64,000 nucleotides of DNA from Nitrospirales bacterium (GTDB lineage: Bacteria > Nitrospirota > Nitrospiria > Nitrospirales > UBA8639). Shown here one piece after another: positions 56,638 through 64,000 of this stretch. Made by a program: the position numbers and the translations under genes. Where the stretch lies: the NCBI GenBank assembly GCA_963555755.3, contig OY820905.2, forward strand, positions 3,264,001 to 3,328,000, given 5' to 3'. Every line of letters begins with the position of its first letter. Within the stretch, counting starts at the first letter, position 1. Under the pieces are notes generated by a model, which saw only the letters and a program-made list of their open reading frames with translations, made no database searches and was not told the origin of the DNA.

Positions 56638-57342
56638 ATGTCCCGTAAGTATTTGGCTTTTGACCTTGAAACGGCAAAAATCTTGCCCAAAGATTTCGGT
56701 GACTTACATGATCACCGGCCACTTGGTATTACGTGTGCGGCGACGTGGCGTAGCGATGAATCCGCCGCCGTGACGTTTCATTCCAACAAGGATGACGGGT
56801 CGCCCGCACCACACATGACTCCGCAGGATTTAACGGCGTTTGTTGAACATCTCAAAATGCAATCACACGCTGGCTATACCATTGTCACGCACAATGGGCT
56901 CGGGTTCGATTTCGATATTTTGGCAGAAGAATCAGGCCAAATGGATGATTGCCGTGCGTTGGCTGTGGGCCACGTAGACATGATGTTTCACTTCTTTTGC
57001 GGGAAAGGTTTTCCCATCAAACTCACTGCCGCGGCGCAAGCCATAGGCATGAGTAAGCCCGCGAATGTTGATGGCTCGGTTGCCCCACAACTTTGGAAAG
57101 ACGGAGATCATCAAACGGTGCTGGCCTATGTGGCGCAAGATTGTCGATTAACCTTGGATGTGGCAGAAACAAGCGAAGCATCTAAAAAGATTAGCTGGAT
57201 AACTGGACGTGGATCAAAATCTTTTTTCGAATTGCCGGTCGGATGGTTGACGGTTGAAGACGCCTCCAAGTTGCCATTGCCTGACACGTCATGGATGGAC
57301 AATCCATGGCCACGATCAAAGTTTTTAGGCTGGTTGGGATAA
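56638..57342 (+). CDS. RNase H-like (DEDD 3'-5' exonuclease fold) protein, copy 2, full length
   Basis: ExoI DLE, ExoII HN...FD and ExoIII Y...D motifs; RBS AGGAAGG. Confidence 0.78.
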   Translation: MSRKYLAFDLETAKILPKDFGDLHDHRPLGITCAATWRSDESAAVTFHSNKDDGSPAPHMTPQDLTAFVEHLKMQSHAGYTIVTHNGLGFDFDILAEESGQMDDCRALAVGHVDMMFHFFCGKGFPIKLTAAAQAIGMSKPANVDGSVAPQLWKDGDHQTVLAYVAQDCRLTLDVAETSEASKKISWITGRGSKSFFELPVGWLTVEDASKLPLPDTSWMDNPWPRSKFLGWLG

Positions 57343-57384
57343 GGCAAATCCGTCCCGGTAGCGGCACTATTTTTTGAAGGTACC

Positions 57385-58812
57385 CTAAACAGACTCCCCC
57401 ATATCGCTGACCTCAATTTTCTTCTGCTTGACCATCCGAGCAAGGTAGGATCGTTGAAGGCCCAGGGCTGCAGCCGCTTTTGTTTGATTCCCACCTGCAT
57501 GTTGAAGAGCTTGTTCAACCAGGTAACGGCCATACTGATCGATCGCATCATGATAGGTGAGGTTATCGAAAGAGGGTAAGGTCTGTCGAAATTCTTCGGT
57601 TAGACGAAGGTGCTCACTGGCAATGGCCGGATCCGTGCTTAAGACCACCGCACGAGAAATGGCATTATCCAACTCTCTGACATTCCCGGGCCAGGAGTAC
57701 GCTTGCATCGTCGCCACGGCTTCTTGGGTCAGATGCATGCCAGGTTTTCCCAACTCGCGTGCCGATCGTTGGAGGAAAAGTTCGGCCAACGGTTGAATGT
57801 CATGAGGCCGATCTCTTAAAGGGGGAACGGCAAAACTCACCACATTGAGGCGATGATAGAGGTCTTCTCGAAACCGTCCAGACTTCACGGCTTTCGTCAG
57901 ATCACGATTCGTCGCCGCCAGCACCCGAATATTCACACGAACTAATTTTGTTCCCCCCACTCGATGGAACTCTCGATCCTGGAGCAACCGAAGCAGTTTG
58001 GCTTGAAGTTCCGGAGTCATATCCCCAATTTCATCCAAAAACAGCGTTCCTCCGTCTGCTATTTCGATTTTTCCTTTTTGAAGAGCCGTGGCCCCAGTAT
58101 ACGCACCCTTTTCATGGCCGAAGAGTTCATTTTCCAGCAAGGTATCTTGAAGGGCCACACAATTGATGATCACAAAGGGCATACTGCGACGGGTGCTCCA
58201 TTGATGAATAGACCGGGCGAATAACTCTTTGCCCGTCCCACTCTCACCCAACAACAGCACGGTGACATCAGAATTGGCCGCTCGTTTCGCCAGGTCAATG
58301 AGCGATTGCATCTGAGGAGTCGTAGCGACAATGGTGCTATACCGGGACTCGACCTCTTGCCTCAGATAGGCCACCTGGCGTTTGAGGGACTCTCGCTCCA
58401 GCGTTTTCTCTATGACAATCGTAAGATGATCGACATCCAGCGGTTTGGTCAGAAAATCGTAAGCCCCACATTTCATAGCATCCACCGCTCGTTGGATCGT
58501 TCCATGAGCTGTCATGACGATAATGGGAGGATGCATGCTGTCCCCCTCCCAAATCCAGTTTTTGGTTCCGCCCTCCTGCTCCAGAACCTTGGTCTGGCTT
58601 AAACGCTCCAGCACCTGTATCCCCGAAAGCCGAGGCATTTCGAGGTCGAGCAACACCAGCCCCGGTTCCTCGCTTTCGAGGCACTCCAGTGCCTGTTCGC
58701 CATCATGAGCAGCCACGGCGATATAGCCTAACGCTTCCAATCGGTCCGTCAACATCAGAAGGATATCAGGATCATCGTCAACAACCAGAATTTTTTTATT
58801 CATCGTGGACAT
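57385..58812 (-). CDS. Sigma-54-dependent two-component response regulator (NtrC/AtoC type)
   Basis: REC domain (VVDDD, LLDLEMP, FLTKP); [14 protein letters not shown]; Fis-type HTH. Confidence 0.92.
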   Translation of the reverse strand: MSTMNKKILVVDDDPDILLMLTDRLEALGYIAVAAHDGEQALECLESEEPGLVLLDLEMPRLSGIQVLERLSQTKVLEQEGGTKNWIWEGDSMHPPIIVMTAHGTIQRAVDAMKCGAYDFLTKPLDVDHLTIVIEKTLERESLKRQVAYLRQEVESRYSTIVATTPQMQSLIDLAKRAANSDVTVLLLGESGTGKELFARSIHQWSTRRSMPFVIINCVALQDTLLENELFGHEKGAYTGATALQKGKIEIADGGTLFLDEIGDMTPELQAKLLRLLQDREFHRVGGTKLVRVNIRVLAATNRDLTKAVKSGRFREDLYHRLNVVSFAVPPLRDRPHDIQPLAELFLQRSARELGKPGMHLTQEAVATMQAYSWPGNVRELDNAISRAVVLSTDPAIASEHLRLTEEFRQTLPSFDNLTYHDAIDQYGRYLVEQALQHAGGNQTKAAAALGLQRSYLARMVKQKKIEVSDMGESV

Positions 58813-58952
58813 AATGCGCAAGCTTTGGGATCACGGAAGAAAAAATGAAGGTAGAAACCAAAATTCAAGGTAGAAGGGTTGCTGGCCGGAGTCAAGTAGA
58901 TTAATGACCAAAAATTTGCCTACTCACATGACAAATTATTTATTTTACCAAC

Positions 58953-59924
58953 TCACCCTATCAGCTCTTCAATCACCGCCGCTGCCAGGAGGGGCAACAT
59001 AATTTCGTGATGTCCAGTTAACGACAGGCCTTGCCCTCCTTTTTGCGTGGGACGCTTCACGACATTGGTCAAGGGGCGATAATGCGGCAAAAAGTCCATA
59101 TCGGCTGTGGTGATATGCTTCAAAGGCCGTCCCAGGTTCCGACTCAACGTCACAGTCTTGAGGAAGACCTCGGGCAATAAGACAGCCGAGCCCAGGTTAA
59201 GATACACCCCACCCTCCATCTGCGACACCACCGCAGTCAGTTTGCGAAAATCACGGAGCGAGCCTTCGCCAATCGCAGCCCCATCTGCCGCCGGATGCAT
59301 ATGAATGATGTCGGTACCAATGGCCACATGAACCGTCATGGGAATACCCTGCTTTGCTCCAATCGCGAAGAGACTGGTTTTCCAATTCGGAAATTGTTTT
59401 CGACGACGAAGGATATAGTGCCCAACGGCCTCTCCCAGTCCTAATCCCTCCTGAACCCCTTCGACAATGGCCTCGTTAATCATCCGGCCGGTTTCTTCCG
59501 CCATGCCAAAACGCCCTGAATCAATTTCGGCTTCAACGTCCTCGGAGGTATACCCCATCAACGCCAGTTCAAAGTCATGGATCACGACCGCACCATTAAA
59601 GGCCATGGCCGTAACGATGTCCCGTCGCAAAAGATCGACCAATACAGGATTCAGGCCCACTTTGGTCGCATGTGCGCCCATTCCAAAAATCACGGGCCGT
59701 CCACGACGTCGTGCTTGGGCTATGGCCTTGGCCAATGCCCGAAGGGTTTTGACCGCCAAGATATCCGGAAGCCCAGATAGAAATTTAGCAAATGATCCCC
59801 CTCGCCGCCAGGGCACGGAAAAATCCGACACCTTGACCTTGCTATGTCGGGTTTTCAAAGGATACGTCTTCAGCCGGGAAACATCGATGGGGGCGATGGA
59901 TGGGGAGGGTGTCTTACGAGGCAT
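58953..59924 (-). CDS. Conserved hypothetical protein, deoxyhypusine-synthase-like fold
   Basis: GAH..K.GL, IHDFE.A..G.TSEDV, GTDI.HMH, GSAV.LPEVFLK, GHHE. Confidence 0.7.
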   Translation of the reverse strand: MPRKTPSPSIAPIDVSRLKTYPLKTRHSKVKVSDFSVPWRRGGSFAKFLSGLPDILAVKTLRALAKAIAQARRRGRPVIFGMGAHATKVGLNPVLVDLLRRDIVTAMAFNGAVVIHDFELALMGYTSEDVEAEIDSGRFGMAEETGRMINEAIVEGVQEGLGLGEAVGHYILRRRKQFPNWKTSLFAIGAKQGIPMTVHVAIGTDIIHMHPAADGAAIGEGSLRDFRKLTAVVSQMEGGVYLNLGSAVLLPEVFLKTVTLSRNLGRPLKHITTADMDFLPHYRPLTNVVKRPTQKGGQGLSLTGHHEIMLPLLAAAVIEELIG

Positions 59925-60219
59925 TGGTAAAAAGTTTTTCTTCGACTATTTCACGCCAGGCGAATATATCGACGAACTCGTCATCATGAGGCAATACAGG
60001 CCATGCCTGACATCTTCATGCCAAACATAGCGCTGGCAAGGGAGCTCGGACTTGATCATCACGACTGACATGTTCAAAGCGTAAGACTCTTTCCCTGGTT
60101 TGAAGACTCGCGCCAATGAGTACAGCGACCTTCGCAATGTGGTCAGCGTACACTCGGACAAATTGGCTTTTGACCTCGCCACTTTCACGAAATCACTATT
60201 CAACGTGCTCTCGGTTCAT
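59914..60219 (-). pseudogene. gmhA: Degraded phosphoheptose isomerase (GmhA-like) remnant
   Basis: Unlisted frame MNREHVE**FRESGEVKSQFVRVYADHIAKVAVLIGASLQTRERVLRF...RAPLPALCLA*...EIVEEKLF. Confidence 0.55.
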
Positions 60220-60308
60220 CAGGCGGGATTCTAGACCAGACGTTCAAGAAAACACAACCGACATCATTCATTGAACACCCGTAGTGAGGGTGCTATCATC
60301 GCATCGCC

Positions 60309-61568
60309 ATGATTACTGATCATCACACCAAAGCCTTACTGCTTGCCTTAGGCGAGGACCCTGCTCCAGCGATAGCTTGCATTAATCACCTGTCGCCGGA
60401 ATTGCTCTGCTTCTTCCTGCCGGAATCACAAAAAGATATCATCGAATCTCTGGTTCAGCCACAGATTACTAAAATGCCTCAGCGATGGGATTGGATTCTC
60501 ACCACTGACCCTGATAGCTTTGTTCAGTCACACCAAGCCATCACCAAAAACCTTCCGAACATCCTGAAAACATGGGGCGTCCAGCCTGGCGAACTCGTCA
60601 TGGATTTTAGCACAGCTACCCCAGCCATGGCCGCAGCCGTCGCCTTGGCCAGCCGTCCATTTACGTCAAAGGTTGTTCAACTCAGGGGATCAGATGGATC
60701 ATCATCCGAGGCAAAGACTGTCATAGTAGGAGGCGAGCCCAAAGTATGGGAAGAAAGTAATCTGTGGAATGAAGAGGCCCAGCAGGCGAGACAAGAGGCC
60801 TGTCTTCTCTTCAACCAAGGCGCGTTTTCCTCCGCAGCCAAGAAATTTCGCCACATTGAAAGGTTGGTGAGTGGAGGCTTAAAGCCGCTATATCATGCGC
60901 TGTGCGATGTGGCAGAAGGCTATGCCCTTTGGGAAGCCTTTCATTACCGGGAAGCTTGGGACAAGCTCAAAACCTCGTATAAAGCATTGGAATTGGCCTC
61001 GGTATGGGGCGGGCCTCCAGGACTATCAACCGTCCTCGGCTCCATAAAAACCAATGCCAGCTTTTTGGAAAGTCTTGTCCTAGATCCTCACGATGTGAAA
61101 TTGCCCATCGCCCATGACCTCCTGGCTCATGCCAAACGTCGGGCGGAACGGGACCACCAGATTGACATCGCCATGCTGACCATCCTACGCAGCCTCGAAG
61201 CCTTTGCCCAGCACCGGCTCGTGAAACAATTCAATGTAAAAACATGGGATGTCCAGGTAGAACAACTTCCTCAGGACCTCCAGGAATTGTGCCGAACCTG
61301 CATGTTGGATGATGTCGATGGGAAGTACAAAATTGCGCTCCCTGCACAATTTCGCACCTTGGCCGGACTTGGCGATTCCATGGGTCACACGTTTGTCGCT
61401 GAATGGACAAAAATGAAAACGCTTTGGGACTCAGCCTACCAGAGTGTGTTAGGGCATGGGTTTCACACGACCAAGATCGAACGGTTTCATCAGCTCTACA
61501 CCTTAGTGCTGAAGATCACAGAGGTAAACGAGTCCTCGCTTCCCCGCTTTCCCACCATGACATTGTAG
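60309..61568 (+). CDS. TIGR02710-like CARF-family protein, orphan
   Basis: N-terminal Rossmann-like region with DFS..TPAM.AA; LFN.G.F..A, WE.FHY.EA, DLLAHA.RR, R.LEA.AQ.RL, SVLGHGF. Confidence 0.75.
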   Translation: MITDHHTKALLLALGEDPAPAIACINHLSPELLCFFLPESQKDIIESLVQPQITKMPQRWDWILTTDPDSFVQSHQAITKNLPNILKTWGVQPGELVMDFSTATPAMAAAVALASRPFTSKVVQLRGSDGSSSEAKTVIVGGEPKVWEESNLWNEEAQQARQEACLLFNQGAFSSAAKKFRHIERLVSGGLKPLYHALCDVAEGYALWEAFHYREAWDKLKTSYKALELASVWGGPPGLSTVLGSIKTNASFLESLVLDPHDVKLPIAHDLLAHAKRRAERDHQIDIAMLTILRSLEAFAQHRLVKQFNVKTWDVQVEQLPQDLQELCRTCMLDDVDGKYKIALPAQFRTLAGLGDSMGHTFVAEWTKMKTLWDSAYQSVLGHGFHTTKIERFHQLYTLVLKITEVNESSLPRFPTMTL

Positions 61569-61574
61569 AGTCCC

Positions 61575-62048
61575 ATGGACATCAAAATCTACTATGAAGA
61601 CACCGACTGTGGCGGGGTCGTCTATTACGCCAACTACCTAAAGTATTTTGAGCGGGCACGGACCGAGTATTTAGCCGCGCATGGATTATCTGTGGCGGAA
61701 TTACAAACACAAGGCACCATGTTTTTGGTAACACATGCCGAAGTATTTTACCGATCCCCGGCTCGCTATGGAGAGATCTTACACATCGATACCACGGTTT
61801 CCACGTCAAAGAAAACCGCACTTCTCTTTGCACACACCATTCGTGAACAACAGAGTCAACGCCTGGTGGTAGAAGGCTCCGCCACACTTGTGACTGTGGA
61901 TACACAAGGGAAAATCCGTCGGGTACCAGCTTCCATTCTCGAAGCTTTGCCCATGACCAGGTCTACCACAAGGGAGCCCAAGGCCGCTGCCCAAGGCCGC
62001 TGGATGATAAATCGGTTGACTCATCCCTTAGGGTTCGAACAAGAATAA
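61575..62048 (+). CDS. ybgC: YbgC/FadM-family acyl-CoA thioesterase
   Basis: IYYEDTD.GGVVYYANYLKYFERARTE. Confidence 0.9.
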   Translation: MDIKIYYEDTDCGGVVYYANYLKYFERARTEYLAAHGLSVAELQTQGTMFLVTHAEVFYRSPARYGEILHIDTTVSTSKKTALLFAHTIREQQSQRLVVEGSATLVTVDTQGKIRRVPASILEALPMTRSTTREPKAAAQGRWMINRLTHPLGFEQE

Positions 62049-62145
62049 CTTCCCTTGTTTGGGCGTCGATCCATCCCGTCTGGCGGCATTGCTCGTCCTT
62101 TCCATACAGAGAAGTATGCGCAGTCCTCGCGCCTTGCCAGACAAG
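62031..62145. mobile_element. Truncated family E-related MITE
   Basis: TTA-GGG end; GATCCATCC.GTCTGGCGG..TTGCTCGTCCTTTCCATA...GTATGCGCAGTCCTCGCGCCTTGCCA as at 1452-1521. Confidence 0.7.
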
Positions 62146-62228
62146 GGATAGGGGGTCAGAAAGTAGGTCAAGACTTGACCCCCCTTCAAAGGACTTGCGC
62201 CTCAAGCTGTTGAACATGCTCGGTACAC

Positions 62229-62312
62229 TGGTTTGGGGTCCTTTGGTCGAAACCAAAGGCCTGTCCTGAGTACAGTCGAAGGGACCTCGTCGGCAGGGAC
62301 GAAACCCTGCAT
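62229..62312 (+). repeat. Right end of repeat family G with a nested REP-like unit
   Basis: TGGTTTGGGGTCCTTTGGTCGAAACCAAAGG [CCTGTCCTGAGTACAGTCGAAGGG] ACCTCGTCGGCAGGGACGAAACCCTGC. Confidence 0.7.
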
Positions 62313-62540
62313 CTAATAATTCTCCAACGAAACATACCTTCGTCAAAGAAAAAACCACCCTGGGTTCCCGATTAAAAGCGTCGGAGACGACGGACGTAGC
62401 GAACCCTCTCGCTCTTGATCGTATTACAGCAGCATCGTATGCTGAGTAAACATGTGCCACCGCCTGCTAACGAGAACATTTTCCAGTATTCACCGGCTTC
62501 CTAATATTCCCGCACTTCGCCACAACATTCTCGGCCTATT

Positions 62541-63218
62541 ATGATTCGTGTTGACCAATTGACCATGCAGCTACAAGCCGGAGGGCATGTGGTGTCGATT
62601 CTCAAGGGGCTCACCTTTGAGGTGCCGCAGAAGCAAATGGTGGCGATTGTAGGGCCTTCGGGAAGCGGGAAGTCTACGTTGCTCGGACTCTTGGCCGGGT
62701 TGGATACACCCACATCCGGGTCGATCCAGCTGAATGGACAGGAAATCACCTCATGGACAGAGTACCAACTCGCCCATTTTCGACGTCAGAACATCGGATA
62801 TATTTTTCAGTCTTTTCATCTCATCCCAACCTTGACGGCCCTAGAAAATGTTGCGCTGCCCTTAGAACTGAGTGGGGATATGTCTGCCGACACTCGTGCC
62901 CAGGAGTTGTTAGAAGCCGTGGGATTACAGGATCGCCAAGGGCATTACCCCAGCCAACTTTCAGGCGGAGAACAGCAACGGGTCGCCGTGGCCCGAGCCT
63001 TTGCCTGCCGTCCTCCTATTCTCCTGGCCGATGAACCCACCGGCAATTTGGATAGTGCCACGGGTCAGATGGTGATTGATCTGTTACTCAACCTGAATCG
63101 TGACCAGGGAAGTACGCTGGTCTTGGTCACCCACGATTCAACACTCGCCGAACGTACGGAACGGATCATCACTCTGCATGATGGCATGATTGCATCAGAC
63201 CAATCTCGGGCCTCGTAA
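62541..63218 (+). CDS. ABC transporter ATP-binding protein (YbbA/LolD-like)
   Basis: [42 protein letters not shown]. Confidence 0.92.
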   Translation: MIRVDQLTMQLQAGGHVVSILKGLTFEVPQKQMVAIVGPSGSGKSTLLGLLAGLDTPTSGSIQLNGQEITSWTEYQLAHFRRQNIGYIFQSFHLIPTLTALENVALPLELSGDMSADTRAQELLEAVGLQDRQGHYPSQLSGGEQQRVAVARAFACRPPILLADEPTGNLDSATGQMVIDLLLNLNRDQGSTLVLVTHDSTLAERTERIITLHDGMIASDQSRAS

Positions 63219-63225
63219 ATTCATC

Positions 63226-64000
63226 ATGCTTCAACACAGGATACCCATTTCACTCAAAATGGCTTGGCGAGAAACGCGAGGCAGTTGGCACCAGTTTGTA
63301 TTTTTTTTGGTGTGCTTGGCTATTGGAGTTGGAGCAGTAGTGGGCATGGAGCTGTTTGCGACGAATGTGGAAGGCATGATCCTGGGAGATGCCAAAAGTT
63401 TATTGGGAGGCGATGTGGAGATTCGGCTTGCCCGTCCCCTGAGCGATTCCGGGCAAGAGGTACTGGCCTCTTTAGAAAAGCGCAAGATGGAAGTGACTCA
63501 TGTTCGAGAACTGGTTGGAATGTCCGCCGTGCAGGAGGTAGAGAGAAACGTGAGGGGACGAGAAAATCCCTCGCTTCGATCCACGCAACTCGTTGAACTC
63601 AAAGTGGTGGAATCAAACTATCCGCTCTATGGCCAAGTTGTTGTGTCTCCCGCGCAACCGTTTCACACATTGATCTCCCCTGCGACGACTTGTCCGGATA
63701 ATCCTTACCTTGGGCCTTGCTTTGGGATCGTGGTCCAAGAATCTCTGCTCATCACCTTAGGCATAGAAGTCGGATCGCATATCAAACTCGGGCAGGCCTG
63801 GTTCGAGATTAAAGGGATATTGATCAAAGAACCTGACCGTGTGGCCAGTGCCTTTAGCTTGGGGCCACGTGTGATGATTTCCGACGAGGGTTTAGATGCC
63901 ACGGACTTAGTGCAGGTCGGGAGCCGCATTCGTCAGCGATACCTCCTTCGTGTCCCGGAATCCCTATCGCTTGGGCCCCTTCTTGGAGAGTTGCAAGGCC
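63226..64000 (+). CDS. ABC transporter permease (YbbP/FtsX-like), runs off the window
   Basis: Not in the ORF track because it has no stop in the window: MLQHRIPISLKMAWRETRGSWHQFVFFLVCLAIGVGAVV...LLGGD...YPLYG...EPDR....FSLGPRV. Confidence 0.88.
   Translation, partial: MLQHRIPISLKMAWRETRGSWHQFVFFLVCLAIGVGAVVGMELFATNVEGMILGDAKSLLGGDVEIRLARPLSDSGQEVLASLEKRKMEVTHVRELVGMSAVQEVERNVRGRENPSLRSTQLVELKVVESNYPLYGQVVVSPAQPFHTLISPATTCPDNPYLGPCFGIVVQESLLITLGIEVGSHIKLGQAWFEIKGILIKEPDRVASAFSLGPRVMISDEGLDATDLVQVGSRIRQRYLLRVPESLSLGPLLGELQG

Noticed and set aside
59946..60203. 85-aa hypothetical CDS
   Set aside because: Better explained as an alternative frame over the gmhA-like remnant.

Overview
Bacterial chromosomal window. 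Gene content (assimilatory nirC-nirA, a PCP_red-repeat protein, a stand-alone TIGR02710-like protein, sigma-54 regulators) suggests Nitrospirota; this is an inference. From left to right: (1) 35-11471, a minus-strand housekeeping run (pheA-hisC-aroF-tyrA-aroA-cmk-plsC-rpsA-sppA-ihfB-PCP_red protein). (2) 11.5-35 kb, an accessory region bracketed by two near-identical, inverted 2578-bp IS4-family elements encoding DUF4338-like/DDE fusion transposases. Both sit in the same hairpin of a dispersed repeat. The region holds an RND efflux operon broken by an IS1595, and a nitrite-assimilation module: a GAF-less NifA-like activator, a TGT-N10-ACA site, a sigma-54 promoter and ANTAR-type leader hairpins. 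(3) A peptide ABC transporter, an AAA ATPase, an oxidoreductase and a TM0106 nuclease. (4) A polyphosphate cluster (ppk1, CYTH-CHAD, truncated ppx, sixA). It runs into a duplicated A-B-cargo-C module: one unit carries a MazEF-type TA pair, the other a NotI-like REase plus adenine MTase, with integron att-like remnants. (5) An NtrC-type regulator, a gmhA remnant, an orphan TIGR02710-like gene, ybgC and an ABC exporter. Intergenic DNA is dense with several MITE/REP-like families, often nested, and eight heptamer arrays, mostly as inverted pairs. I saw no rRNA, tRNA or CRISPR array. All calls come from manual reading, with no database searches.
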